A stretch of DNA of 64,000 nt from the NCBI GenBank assembly GCA_964016885.1, contig OZ024743.1:170810001-170874000 (forward strand). The letters run 5' to 3'. Positions 44,401 to 61,280 of the stretch are shown piece after piece (the first letter of the stretch is position 1; every line of letters begins with the position of its first letter). The position numbers and the translations under genes are program-made. The notes beneath the pieces are model-generated. The model made no database searches. It was not told the origin of the DNA and saw only the letters and a list, made by a program, of their open reading frames with translations. This stretch comes from Eledone cirrhosa (Eukaryota).

Positions 44401-47400
44401 CAACACCATAGTCATAAGACCACTGTATCAACACCATAGTCACAACTACTGTAAGACCACTGTATCAACACCATAGTCATAACTACTGTAAGACCACTGT
44501 ATCAACACCATAGTCACAACTATTGTAAGACCACTGTATCAACACCACAGTCACACCTACAGTAAGACCACTGTATCACCACCATAGTCACAACTACTGT
44601 AAGACCACTGTATGAACACCATAGTCAGAACTACCGTAAGACCACTGTATCAACACCATAGTCATAACTAATGTAAGACCACTGTATCAACACCATGGTC
44701 ACAACTACTGTAAGACCATTGTATCAACACCATAGTCATAAGACCACTGTATCAACACCATAGTCACAACTACTGTAATACCACTGTATCAACACCATAG
44801 TCACAACTACTGTAAGACCACTGTGTCAGAACCACAGTCACAACTACTGTAAGACCACTGCATCAACACCATAGTCATAACTACCGTAAGACCACTGTAT
44901 CAACACCATAGTCATAAAAACACTGTATCAACACCATAGTCACAACTACTGTAAGACCACTGTATCAACACCATAGTCATAACTACTGTAAGACCACTGT
45001 ATCAACAACATAGTCACAACTATTTTAAGACCAATGTATCAACACCACAGTCACACCTACAGTAAGACCATTGTATCAACACCATAGTCACAACTACTGT
45101 AAGACCACTGTATGAACACCATATTCATAACTACCGTAAGACCACTGTATCAACACCATAGTCATAACTAATGTAAGATCACTGTATCAACACCACAGTC
45201 ACAACTACTGTAAAACCACTGTATAAACACCACAACCACAACTACTTTAAGACCACTGTATCAACACCAGTCATAACTACTCTAAGACCACTGTATCAAC
45301 ACCACAGCCACAACTACTGTAAGACCACTGTATCAACACCATAATCACAACTACTGTAAGACCACGGTATCAACACCGTAGTCACAACTAGTCTAAGACC
45401 ACTGTATCAACACCACAGTCACAACTACTGAAATCCCACTGTATCAACACCTCAGCCACAACTACTGTAAGACCACTGTATCAACACCATAGTCACGACT
45501 ACTGTAAGACCACTGTATCAACACCATAGTCACAATAACTGTAAGAACACTGTATCAACACCACAGTCATAACTACTGTAAGACCACTGTATCAACACCA
45601 CATTCACAACTACTGTAAGACCACTGTATCAACACCACACTCACAACTACTGTAAGACCACTGTATAAACACCACAACCACAACTACTGTAAGACATCTG
45701 TATCAACACCACAACCACAACTACTGTAAGACCACTGTATCAACACCACAGTCATAACTACTCTAAGACCACTGTATCAACACCACAGCCACACCTACTG
45801 TAAGACCACTGTATCAACACCACAGCCACAAGTACTGTAAGACCACTGTATCAACACCATAGTCATAACCACCGTAAGACCACTGTATCAACACCATAGT
45901 CATAAGACCACTGTATCAACACCATAGTCACAACTACTGTAAGACCACTGTATCAACACCATAGTCATAACGACTGTAAGACCACTGTATCAACACCATA
46001 GTCACAACTATTGTAAGACCACTGTATCAACACCACAGTCACACCTAGAGTAAGACCACTGTATCAACACCATAGACACAACTACTGTAAGACCACTGTA
46101 TCAACACCATAGTCATAACTACCGTAAGACCACTGTATTAACACCATAGTCATAACTAATGTAAGACCATTGTATCAACACCATAGTCACAACTACTGTA
46201 AGACCACTGTATCAACACCATAGTCATAAGACCACTGTATCACCACCATAGTCACAACTACTGTAATACCACTGTATCAACACCATAGTCACAACTACTG
46301 TAAGACCACTGTGTCAGCACCACAGTCACAACTACTGTAAGACCACTGTATCAACACCATAGTCATAACTACCGTAAGACCACTGTATCAACATCATAGT
46401 CATAAGACCACTGTATCAACACCATAGTCACAACTACTGTAAGACCACTGTATCAACACCATAGTCATAACTACTGTAAGACCACTGCATCAACACCATA
46501 GTCACAACTATTTTAAGACCAATGTATCAACACCACTGTCACACCTACAGTAAGACCACTGTATCAACACCATAGTCACATCTACTGTAAGACCACTGTA
46601 TGAACACTATATTCATAACTACCGTAAGACCACTGTATCAACACCATAGTCAGAACTAATGTAAGACCACTGTATCAACACCATAGTCACAATAACTGTA
46701 AGAACACTGTATCAACACCACAGTCATAACTACTCTAAGAACACTGTATCAACACCACAGTTATAACTACAGTAAGACCACTGTATCAACATCACAGTCA
46801 CAACTACTATAAGACCACTGTATCAACACCACAGCCACAACTACTGTAAGACCACTGTATCAACACCATAATCACAACTACTGTAAACCACTGATTCAAC
46901 ACCGTAGTCACAACTACTGTAAGACCACTGTATCACCACCACAGTCACAACGTCTGTAAGACCACTGTATCAACACAATAGTCACAACAACTGTAAGCCC
47001 ACTGTATCAACACCATAGTCATAACTACTGTAAGACCACTCCATCAACACCATAGTCACAACTACTGTAGCACCACTGTATAAACACCATAGTCATAACT
47101 ACTGTAAGACCACTGTATCAACACCATAGTCACAACTATTTTAGGACCAATGTATCAACACCACAGTCACACCTACTGTAAGACCACTGTATCAACACCA
47201 TAGTCACAACTACTGTAAGACCACTGTATGAACACCATAGTCATAACTACCGTAAGACCACTGCATCAACACCATAGTCATAACTAATGTAAGACAACTG
47301 TATCAACACCATAGTCACAATAACTGTAAGAAAACTGTATCAACACCACAGTCATAAATACTGTAAGAACACTGTATCAACACCACAGTTATAACTACAG

Positions 47401-47550
47401 TAAGACCACTGTATCAACATCACAGTCACAACTACTATAAGACCACTGTATCAACACCACAGCCACAACTACTATAAGACCACTGTATCAACACCATAAT
47501 CACAACTACTGTAAGACCACTGATTCAACACCGTAGTCACAACTGCTGTA
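38500..47550. repeat. Older, more diverged ~4.5-5.0-kb higher-order duplication
   Basis: ACTACTTTAAG 40255/45241 and CCTCAGCC 40464/45450 (+4986); TAGAGTAAG 41032/46046 (+5014); TTTTAGGACC 42126/47139 (+5013); upstream markers at about +4477 and +4551. Confidence 0.75.
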
Positions 47551-50500
47551 AGACCACTGTATCAACACCATAGTCACAACGACTGTAAGACCACTATATC
47601 AATACCACAACCACAACTACTGTAAGACCACTGTATCAACACCAGTCATAACTACTCTAAGACCACTGTATCAACACCACAGCCACAACTACTGTAAGAC
47701 CACTGTATCAACACCATAATCACAACTACTGTAAGACCACTGTATCAACACCATAGTCACGACTACTGTAAGACCACTGTATCAACACCATAGTCACAAT
47801 AACTGTAAGAACACTGTATCAACACCACAGTGATAACTACTGTAAGACCACTGTATCAACACCACAGTCACAACTACTGTAAGACCACTGTATCAACACC
47901 ACAGTCACAACTACTGTAAGACCACTGTATAAACACCACAACCACAACTACTGTAAGACCACTGTATCAACACCACAGCCACAACTACTGTAAGACCACT
48001 GTATCAACACCATAGTCATAACTACCGTAAGACCACTGTATCAACACCATATTCATAAGACCACTGTATCAACACCATAGTCACAACTACTGTAAGACCA
48101 CTGTATGAACACCATAGTCTTAACTACTGTAAGACCACTGTATCAACACCATAGTCACAACTATTGTAAGCCCACTGTATCAACACCACAGTCACACCTA
48201 GAGAAAGACCACTGTATCAACACCATAGTCACAACTACTGTAAGACCACTGTATGAACACCATAGTCATAACAACCGTAAGACCACTGTATAAACGCCAT
48301 AGTCATAACTAATGTAAGACCACTGTATCAACACCATAGTCACAACTACTGGAAGACCACTGTATCAACACCATAGTCATAAGACCACTGTATCAACACC
48401 ATAGTCACAACTACTGTAATACCACTGTATCAACACCATAGTCACAACTACTGTAAGACCACTGTGTCAGCACCACAATCACAACTACTGTAAGACCACT
48501 GTATCAACACCATAGTCATAACTACCGTAAGACCACTGTATCAACACCATAGTCATAAGACGACTGTATCAACACCATAGTCACAACTACTGTAAGACCA
48601 CTGTATCAACACCATAGTCATAACTACTGTAAGACCACTGTATCAACACCATAGTCACAACTATTTTAAGACCAATGTATCAACACCACAGTCACACTTA
48701 CAGTAAGACCACTGTATCAACACCATAGTCACAACTACTGTAAGACCACTGTATGAACACCATATTCATAACTACCGTAAGACCACTGTATCAACACCAT
48801 AGTCATAACTACTGTAAGACCACTGTATCAACACCATAGTCACAACTATTTTAAGACCAATGTATCAACACCACAGTCACACCTACAGTAAGACCACTGT
48901 ATCAACACCATAGTCACAACTACTGTAAGACCACTGTATGAACACCATATTCATAACTACCGTAAGACCACTGTATCAACACCATAGTCATAACTAATGT
49001 AAGACCACTGTATCAACACCATAATCACAATAACTGTAAGAACACTGTATCAACACCACAGTCATAACTACTGTAAGAACACTGTATGAACACCACAGTT
49101 ATAACTACAGTAAGACCACTGTATCAACATCACAGTCACAACTACTATAAGACCACTGTATCAACACCACAGCCACAACTACTGTAAGACCACTGTATCA
49201 ACACCATAATCACAACTACTGTAAGACCACGGATTCAACACCGTAGTCACAACTACTGTAAGACCACTGTATCAACACCACAGTCACAACGTCTGTAAGA
49301 CCACTGTATCAACACAATAGTCACAACTACTGTAAGCCCACTGTATCAACACCATAGACACAACGACTGTAAACCACTGTATCAACACCATAGTCACAAC
49401 TACTGTAGCACCACTATATAAACACCATAGTCATAACTACCGTAACACCATTGTATCAACACCATAGTCATAACTAATGTAAGACCACTGTATATAAACC
49501 ATTCACAACTACTGTAAGACCACTGTATCAACAACACAGCCACAACTACTCTAAGACCACTATATCAACACCACAGTCACAACTACTGTAAGCCCACTGT
49601 ATCAACAGCATAGTCATAACTACTCTAAGACCACCGTATCAAAACCATAGTCACAACTACTGTAAGACCACTGTATCAACACCATAATCATAACTACCGT
49701 AAGACCACTGTATCAACACCATAGTCATAAGACCACTGTATCAACACCATAGTCACAACTACTGTAAGTCCACTGTATCAACACCATAGTCATAACTACT
49801 GTAAGATCACTGTATCAACACCATAGTCACAACTACAGTAAGACCACTGTATCAACACGATAGTCATAACTATTGTAAGACCACTGTATCAACACCACAA
49901 TCACAACTACAGTAAGACCACAGTATCAACACCATAGTCACAACTACTGTAAGAGCACTGTATGAAAACAATAGTCATAACTACCGTAAGACCACTGTAT
50001 CAACACCATAGTCATAACTAATGTAAGACCCCTGTAACAACACCATAGTTACAACTACCGTAAGACCACTGTATCATCACCATAGTCACAACTATTGTAA
50101 GACCACTGTATCAACACCAGAGTCACAACTACAGTAAGACCACTGTATCAACACGATAGTCATAACTATTGTAAGAGCACTGTATCAACACCACAATCAC
50201 AACTACAGTAAGACCACAGTATCAACACCATAGTCACAACTACTGTAAGACCACTGTATGAAAACAATAGTCATAACTACCGTAAGACCACTGTATCAAC
50301 ACCATAGTCATAACTAATGTAAGACCACTGTAACAACACCATAGTCACAACTACTGTAAGACCACTGTATCAACACCATAGTCACAATAACTGTAAGAAC
50401 ACTGTACCAACACCACAGTCATAACTACTGTAAGACCACTGTATCAACACCACAGTCACAACTACTGTAAGACCACTGTATCAACACCACAGTCACAACT

Positions 50501-53500
50501 ACTGTAAAACCACTGTATAAACACCACAACCACAACTACTGTAAGACAACTGTAACAACACCACAACCACAACTACTGTAAGACCACTGTATCAACACCA
50601 GGCATATCTACTGTAAGACCACTGTATCAACACCACAGCCACAACTACTGTAAGACCACTGTATCAACACAATAATCACAACTATTGTAAGACCACGGTA
50701 TCAACACCGTAGTCACAACTACTGTAAGACCACTGTATCAACACCACAGTCACAACTAGTCTAAGACCACTGTATCAACACCACAGTCACAACTACTGAA
50801 ATCCCACTGTATCAACACCACAGCCACAACTACTGTAAGACCACTGTATCAACACCATAATCACAACTACTGTAAGACCACGGCATCAACACCGTAGTCA
50901 CAACTACTGTAAGACCACTGTATGAACACCATTGTCACAACTACTGTAAGACCACTGTATCAACACCATAGTCACGACTACTGTAAGACCACTGTATCAA
51001 CACCATAGTCACAATAACTGTAAGAACACTGTATCAACACCAAAGTCATAACTACTGTAAGACTACTGTATCAACACCACAGTCACAACTACTGTAAGAC
51101 CACTGTATCAACACCACAGTCACAACTACTGTACGACCACTGTATAAACACCACAACCACAACTACTGTAAGACAACTGTATCAACATCACAACCACAAC
51201 TACTGTAAGACCACTGTATCAACACCACAGCCACAACTACTGTAAGACCACTGTATCAACACCACAGCCACAACTACTGTAAGACCACTGTATCAACACA
51301 ATAGTCATAACTACCGTAAGACCACTGTATCAACACCATAGTCATAAGACCACTGTATCAACACCATAGTCACAACTACTGTAAGACCACTGTATCAACA
51401 CCATAGTCATAACTACTGTAAGACCACTGTATCAACACCATAGTCACAACTATTGTAAGACCACTGTATCAACACCACAGTCACACCTAGAGAAAGACCA
51501 CTGTATCAACACCATAGTCACAACTACTGTAAGACCACTGGATGAACACCATAGTCATAACAACCGTAAGACCACTGTATAAACACCATAGTCATAACTA
51601 ATGTAAGACCACTGTATCAACACCATAGTCACAACTACTGGAAGACCACTGTATCAACACCATAGTCATAAGACCATTGTATCAACACCATAGTCACAAC
51701 TACTGTAATACCACTGTATCAACACCATAGTCACAACTACTGTAAGACCACTGTGTCAGCACCACAGTCACAACTACTGTAAGACCACTGTATCAACACC
51801 ATAGTAATAACTACCGTAAGACCACTGTATCAACACCATAGTCATAAGACCAGTGTATCAACACCATAGTCACAACTACTGTAAGACCACTGTATCAACA
51901 CCATAGTCATAACTACTGTAAGACCACTGTATCAACACCACAGTCATAACTACTCTAAGAACACTGTATCAACACCACAGTTATAACTACAGTAAGACCA
52001 CTGTATCAACATCACAGTCACAACTACTATAAGACCACTGTATCAACACCACAGCCACAACTACTGTAAGACCACTGTATCAACACCATAATCACAACTA
52101 CTGTAAGACCACTGATTCAACACCGTAGTCACAACTACTGTAAGACCACTGTATCACCACCACAGTCACAACGTCTGTAAGACCACTGTATCAACACAAT
52201 AGTCACAACAACTGTAAGCCCACTGTATCAACACCATAGTCACAACGACTGTAAGACCACTCCATCAACACCATAGTCACAACTACTGTAGCACCACTGT
52301 ATAAACACCATAGTCATAACTACTGTAAGACCACTGTATCAACACCATAGTCACAACTATTTTAGGACCAATGTATCAACACCACAGTCACACCTACTGT
52401 AAGACCACTGTATCAACACCATAGTCACAACTACTGTAAGACCACTGTATGAACACCATAGTCATAACTACCGTAAGACCACTGCATCAACACCATAGTC
52501 ATAACTAATGTAAGACAACTGTATCAACACCATAGTCACAATAACTGTAAGAAAACTGTATCAACACCACAGTCATAAATACTGTAAGAACACTGTATCA
52601 ACACCACAGTTATAACTACAGTAAGACCACTGTATCAACATCACAGTCACAACTACTATAAGACCACTGTATCAACACCACAGCCACAACTACTATAAGA
52701 CCACTGTATCAACACCATAATCACAACTACTGTAAGACCACTGATTCAACACCGTAGTCACAACTGCTGTAAGACCACTGTATCAACACCATAGTCACAA
52801 CGACTGTAAGACCACTATATCAATACCACAACCACAACTACTGTAAGACCACTGTATCAACACCAGTCATAACTACTCTAAGACCACTGTATCAACACCA
52901 CAGCCACAACTACTGTAAGACCACTGTATCAACACCATAATCACAACTACTGTAAGACCACTGTATCAACACCATAGTCACGACTACTGTAAGACCACTG
53001 TATCAACACCATAGTCACAATAACTGTAAGAACACTGTATCAACACCACAGTGATAACTACTGTAAGACCACTGTATCAACACCACAGTCACAACTACTG
53101 TAAGACCACTGTATCAACACCACAGTCACAACTACTGTAAGACCACTGTATAAACACCACAACCACAACTACTGTAAGACCACTGTATCAACACCACAGC
53201 CACAACTACTGTAAGACCACTGTATGAACACCATAGTCTTAACTACTGTAAGACCACTGTATCAACACCATAGTCACAACTATTGTAAGCCCACTGTATC
53301 AACACCACAGTCACACCTAGAGAAAGACCACTGTATCAACACCATAGTCACAACTACTGTAAGACCACTGTATGAACACCATAGTCATAACAACCGTAAG
53401 ATCACTGTATAAACGCCATAGTCATAACTAATGTAAGACCACTGTATCAACACCATAGTCACAACTACTGGAAGACCACTGTATCAACACCATAGTCATA

Positions 53501-56500
53501 AGACCACTGTATCAACACCATAGTCACAACTACTGTAATACCACTGTATCAACACCATAGTCACAACTACTGTAAGACCACTGTGTCAGCACCACAATTA
53601 CAACTACTGTAAGACCACTGTATCAACACCATAGTCATAACTACCGTAAGACCACTGTATCAACACCATAGTCATAAGACCACTGTATCAACACCATAGT
53701 CACAACTACTGTAAGACCACTGTATCAACACCATAGTCATAACTACTGTAAGACCACTGTATCAACACCATAGTCACAACTATTTTAAGACCAATGTATC
53801 AACACCACAGTCACACTTACAGTAAGACCACTGTATCAACACCATAGTCACAACTACTGTAAGACCACTGTATGAACACCATATTCATAACTACCGTAAG
53901 ACCACTGTATCAACACCATAGTCATAACTACTGTAAGACCACTGTATCAACACCATAGTCACAACTATTTTAAGACCAATGTATCAACACCACAGTCACA
54001 CCTACAGTAAGACCACTGTATCAACACCATAGTCACAACTACTGTAAGACCACTGTATGAACACCATATTCATAACTACCGTAAGACCACTGTATCAACA
54101 CCATAGTCATAACTAATGTAAGACCACTGTATCAACACCATAATCACAATAACTGTAAGAACACTGTATCAACACCACAGTCATAACTACTGTAAGAACA
54201 CTGTATGAACACCACAGTTATAACTACAGTAAGACCACTGTATCAACATCACAGTCACAACTACTATAAGACCACTGTATCAACACCACAGCCACAACTA
54301 CTGTAAGACCACTGTATCAACACCATAATCACAACTACTGTAAGACCACGGATTCAACACCGTAGTCACAACTACTGTAAGACCACTGTATCAACACCAC
54401 AGTCACAACGTCTGTAAGACCACTGTATCAACACAATAGTCACAACTACTGTAAGCCCACTGTATCAACACCATAGACACAACGACTGTAAACCACTGTA
54501 TCAACACCATAGTCACAACTACTGTAGCACCACTATATAAACACCATATTCATAACTACCGTAACACCATTGTATCAACACCATAGTCATAACTAATGTA
54601 AGACCACTGTATATAAACCATTCACAACTACTGTAAGACCACTGTATCAACAACACAGCCACAACTACTCTAAGACCACTATATCAACACCACAGTCACA
54701 ACTACTGTAAGCCCACTGTATCAACAGCATAGTCATAACTACTCTAAGACCACCGTATCAAAACCATAGTCACAACTACTGTAAGACCACTGTATCAACA
54801 CCATAATCATAACTACCGTAAGACCACTGTATCAACACCATAGTCATAAGACCACTGTATCAACACCATAGTCACAACTACTGTAAGTCCACTGTATCAA
54901 CACCATAGTCATAACTACTGTAAGATCACTGTATCAACACCATAGTCACAACTACAGTAAGACCACTGTATCAACACGATAGTCATAACTATTGTAAGAC
55001 CACTGTATCAACACCACAATCACAACTACAGTAAGACCACAGTATCAACACCATAGTCACAACTACTGTAAGAGCACTGTATGAAAACAATAGTCATAAC
55101 TACCGTAAGACCACTGTATCAACACCATAGTCATAACTAATGTAAGACCCCTGTAACAACACCATAGTTACAACTACCGTAAGACCACTGTATCATCACC
55201 ATAGTCACAACTATTGTAAGACCACTGTATCAACACCAGAGTCACAACTACAGTAAGACCACTGTATCAACACGATAGTCATAACTATTGTAAGAGCACT
55301 GTATCAACACCACAATCACAACTACAGTAAGACCACAGTATCAACACCATAGTCACAACTACTGTAAGACCACTGTATGAAAACAATAGTCATAACTACC
55401 GTAAGACCACTGTATCAACACCATAGTCATAACTAATGTAAGACCACTGTAACAACACCATAGTCACAACTACTGTAAGACCACTGTATCAACACCATAG
55501 TCACAATAACTGTAAGAACACTGTACCAACACCACAGTCATAACTACTGTAAGACCACTGTATCAACACCACAGTCACAACTACTGTAAGACCACTGTAT
55601 CAACACCACAGTCACAACTACTGTAAAACCACTGTATAAACACCACAACCACAACTACTGTAAGACAACTGTAACAACACCACAACCACAACTACTGTAA
55701 GACCACTGTATCAACACCAGGCATATCTACTGTAAGACCACTGTATCAACACCACAGCCACAACTACTGTAAGACCACTGTATCAACACAATAATCACAA
55801 CTATTGTAAGACCACGGTATCAACACCGTAGTCACAACTACTGTAAGACCACTGTATCAACACCACAGTCACAACGTCTGTAAGACCACTGAATAAACAC
55901 CATAGTCACAACTACTGTAAGACCACTGTATCAACACCACAGTCACAACTAGTCTAAGACCACTGTATCAACACCACAGTCACAACTACTGAAATCCCAC
56001 TGTATCAACACCACAGCCACAACTACTGTAAGACCACTGTATCAACACCATAATCACAACTACTGTAAGACCACGGCATCAACACCGTAGTCACAACTAC
56101 TGTAAGACCACTGTATGAACACCATTGTCACAACTACTGTAAGACCACTGTATCAACACCATAGTCACGACTACTGTAAGACCACTGTATCAACACCATA
56201 GTCACAATAACTGTAAGAACACTGTATCAACACCACAGTCATAACTACTGTAAGACTACTGTATCAACACCACAGTCACAACTACTGTAAGACCACTGTA
56301 TCAACACCACAGTCACAACTACTGTACGACCACTGTATAAACACCACAACCACAACTACTGTAAGACAACTGTATCAACATCACAACCACAACTACTGTA
56401 AGACCACTGTATCAACACCACAGCCACAACTACTGTAAGACCACTGTATCAACACCACAGCCACAACTACTGTAAGACCACTGTATCAACACAATAGTCA

Positions 56501-57133
56501 TAACTACCGTAAGACCACTGTATCAACACCATAGTCATAAGACCACTGTATCAACACCATAGTCACAACTACTGTAAGACCACTGTATCAACACCATAGT
56601 CATAACTACTGTAAGACCACTGTATCAACACCATAGTCACAACTATTGTAAGACCACTGTATCAACACCACAGTCACACCTAGAGAAAGACCACTGTATC
56701 AACACCATAGTCACAACTACTGTAAGACCACTGGATGAACACCATAGTCATAACAACCGTAAGACCACTGTATAAACACCATAGTCATAACTAATGTAAG
56801 ACCACTGTATCAACACCATAGTCACAACTACTGGAAGACCACTGTATCAACACCATAGTCATAAGACCATTGTATCAACACCATAGTCACAACTACTGTA
56901 ATACCACTGTATCAACACCATAGTCACAACTACTGTAAGACCACTGTGTCAGCACCACAGTCACAACTACTGTAAGACCACTGTATCAACACCATAGTAA
57001 TAACTACCGTAAGACCACTGTATCAACACCATAGTCATAAGACCAGTGTATCAACACCATAGTCACAACTACTGTAAGACCACTGTATCAACACCATAGT
57101 CATAACTACTGTAAGACCACTGTATCAACACCA
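46710..57133. repeat. Higher-order tandem duplication, ~5.1-5.2-kb unit x2
   Basis: GTGATAAC 47830/53051 (+5221), ORFs 48105/53224 (+5119), GTACGACC 51131/56324 (+5193); offsets change by whole monomers. Confidence 0.88.
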
Positions 57134-60100
57134 TAGTCACAACTATTTTAAGACCAATGTATCAACACCACAGTCACACCTACAGTAAGACCACTGTATC
57201 AACACCATAGTCACAACTACTGTAAGACCACTGTATGAACACCATATTCATAACTACCGTAAGACCACTGTATCAACACCATAGTCATAACTAATGTAAG
57301 ACCACTGTATATAAACTATTCACAACTACTGTAAGACCACTGTATCAACAACACAGCCACAACTACTCTAAGACCACTATATCAACACCACAGTCACAAC
57401 TACTGTAAGCCCACTGTATCAACAGCATAGTCATAACTACTCTAAGACCACCGTATCAAAACCATAGTCACAACTACTGTAAGACCACTGTATCAACACC
57501 ATAATCATAACTACCGTAAGACCACTGTATCAACACCATAGTCATAAGACCACTGTATCAACACCATAGTCACAACTACTGTAAGTCCACTGTATCAACA
57601 CCATAGTCATAACTACTGTAAGATCACTGTATCAACACCATAGTCACAACTACAGTAAGACCACTGTATCAACACGATAGTCATAACTATTGTAAGACCA
57701 CTGTATCAACACCACAATCACAACTACAGTAAGACCACAGTATCAACACCATAGTCACAACTACTGTAAGAGCACTGTATGAAAACAATAGTCATAACTA
57801 CCGTAAGACCACTGTATCAACACCATAGTCATAACTAATGTAAGACCACTGTAACAACACCATAGTCACAACTACAGTAAGACCACTGTATCATCACCAT
57901 AGTCACAACTATTGTAAGACCACTGTATCAACACCAGAGTCACAACTACAGTAAGACCACTGTATCAACACGATAGTCATAACTATTGTAAGACCACTGT
58001 ATCAACACCACAATCACAACTACAGTAAGACCACAGTATCAACACCATAGTCACAACTACTGTAAGACCACTGTATGAAAACAATAGTCATAACTACCGT
58101 AAGACCACTGTATCAACACCATAGTCATAACTAATGTAAGACCACTGTAACAACACCATAGTCACAACTACTGTAAGACCACTGTATCAACACCATAGTC
58201 ACAATAACTGTAAGAACACTGTACCAACACCACAGTCATAACTACTGTAAGACCACTGTATCAACACCACAGTCACAACTACTGTAAGACCACTGTATCA
58301 ACACCACAGTCACAACTACTGTAAAACCACTGTATAAACACCACAACCACAACTACTGTAAGACAACTGTAACAACACCACAACCACAACTACTGTAAGA
58401 CCACTGTATCAACACCAGGCATATCTACTGTAAGACCACTGTATCAACACCACAGCCACAACTACTGTAAGACCACTGTATCAACACAATAATCACAACT
58501 ATTGTAAGACCACGGTATCAACACCGTAGTCACAACTACTGTAAGACCACTGTATCAACACCACAGTCACAACGTCTGTAAGACCACTGAATAAACACCA
58601 TAGTCACAACTACTGTAAGACCACTGTATCAACACCACAGTCACAACTAGTCTAAGACCACTGTATCAACACCACAGTCACAACTACTGAAATCCCACTG
58701 TATCAACACCACAGCCACAACTACTGTAAGACCACTGTATCAACACCATAATCACAACTACCGTAAGACCACGGCATCAACACCGTAGTCACAACTACTG
58801 TAAGACCACTGTATCAACACCATAGTCACGACTACTGTAAGACCACTGTATCAACACCATAGTCACAATAACTGTAAGAACACTGTATCAACACCACAGT
58901 CATAACTACTGTAAGACTACTGTATCAACACCACAGTCACAACTACTGTAAGACCACTGTATCAACACCACAGTCACAACTACTGTACGACCACTGTATA
59001 AACACCACAACCACAACTACTGTAAGACAACTGTATCAACATCACAACCACAACTACTGTAAGACCACTGTATCAACACCACAGCCACAACTACTGTAAG
59101 ACCACTGTATCAACACCACAGCCACAACTACTGTAAGACCACTGTATCAACACAATAGTCATAACTACCGTAAGACCACTGTATCAACACCATAGTCATA
59201 AGACCACTGTATCAACACCATAGTCACAACTACTGTAAGACCACTGTATCAACACCATAGTCATAACTACTGTAATACCACTGTATCAACACCATAGTCA
59301 CAACTATTGTAAGACCACTGTATCAACACCACAGTCACACCTAGAGAAAGACCACTGTATCAACACCATAGTCACAACTACTGTAAGACCACTGGATGAA
59401 CACCATAGTCATAACAACCGTAAGACCACTGTATAAACACCATAGTCATAACTAATGTAAGACCACTGTATCAACACCATAGTCACAACTACTGGAAGAC
59501 CACTGTATCAACACCATAGTCATAAGACCATTGTATCAACACCATAGTCACAACTACTGTAATACCACTGTATCAACACCATAGTCACAACTACTGTAAG
59601 ACCACTGTGTCAGCACCACAGTCACAACTACTGTAAGACCACTGTATCAACACCATAGTAATAACTACCGTAAAACCACTGTATCAACACCATAGTCATA
59701 AGACCAGTGTATCAACACCATAGTCACAACTACTGTAAGACCACTGTATCAACACCATAGTCATAACTACTGTAAGACCACTGTATCAACACCATAGTCA
59801 CAACTATTTTAAGACCAATGTATCAACACCACAGTCACACCTACAGTAAGACCACTGTATCAACACCATAGTCACAACTACTGTAAGACCACTGTATGAA
59901 CACCATATTCATAACTACCGTAAGACCACTGTATCAACACCATAGTCATAACTAATGTAAGACCACTGTATATAAACCATTCACAACTACTGTAAGACCA
60001 CTGTATCAACAACACAGCCACAACTACTCTAAGCCCACTATATCAACACCACAGTCACAACTACTGTAAGCCCACTGTATCAACAGCATAGTCATAACTA

Positions 60101-61280
60101 CTCTAAGACCACCGTATCAAAACCATAGTCACAACTACTGTAAGACCACTGTATCAACACCATAATCATAACTACCGTAAGACCACTGTATCAACACCAT
60201 AGTCATAAGACCACTGTATCAACACCATAGTCACAACTACTGTAAGTCCACTGTATCAACAACATAGTCATAACTACTGTAAGATCACTGTATCAACACC
60301 ATAGTCACAACTACAGTAAGACCACTGTATCAACACGATAGTCATAACTATTGTAAGACCACTGTATCAACACCACAATCACAACTACAGTAAGACCACA
60401 GTATCAACACCATAGTCACAACTACTGTAAGACCACTGTATGAAAACAATAGTCATAACTACCGTAAGACCACTGTATCAACACCATAGTCATAACTAAT
60501 GTAAGACCACTGTAACAACACCATAGTCACAACTACCGTAAGACCACTGTATCATCACCATAGTCACAACTATTGTAAGACCACTGTATCAACACCAGAG
60601 TCACAACTACAGTAAGACCACTGTATCAACACGATAGTCATAACTATTGTAAGACCACTGTATCAACACCACAATCACAACTACAGTAAGACCACAGTAT
60701 CAACACCATAGTCACAACTACTGTAAGACCACTGTATGAAAACAATAGTCATAACTACCGTAAGACCACTGTATCAACACCATAGTCATAACTAATGTAA
60801 GACCACTGTAACAACACCATAGTCACAACTACTGTAAGACCACTGTATCAACACCATAGTCACAATAACTGTAAGAACACTGTACCAACACCACAGTCAT
60901 AACTACTGTAAGACCACTGTATCAACACCACAGTCACAACTACTGTAAGACCACTGTATCAACACCACAGTCACAACTACTGTAAAACCACTGTATAAAC
61001 ACCACAACCACAACTACTGTAAGACAACTGTAACAACACCACAACCACAACTACTGTAAGACCACTGTATCAACACCAGTCATAACTACTGTAAGACCAC
61101 TGTATCAACACCACAGCCACAACTACTGTAAGACCACTGTATCAACACAATAATCACAACTATTGTAAGACCACGGTATCAACAACGTAGTCACAACTAC
61201 TGTAAGACCACTGTATCAACACCACAGTCACAACGTCTGTAAGACCACTGAATAAACACCATAGTCACAACTACTGTAAG
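54600..61280. repeat. Higher-order repeat, ~2.7-kb unit (2698/2661 bp), about 2.5 copies
   Basis: TATATAAAC at 54610, 57308 and 59969; GGCATATC 55720/58418; GTACGACC 56324/58985; GACCAGTGTA 57041/59702. Confidence 0.85.

Noticed and set aside
6292-53412. 60-62 aa ORFs inside the satellite (6292, 9388, 13001, 19489, 48105, 53224)
   Set aside because: Chance stop-free runs of a 37-bp unit that cycles through frames; they recur only because of higher-order duplication.
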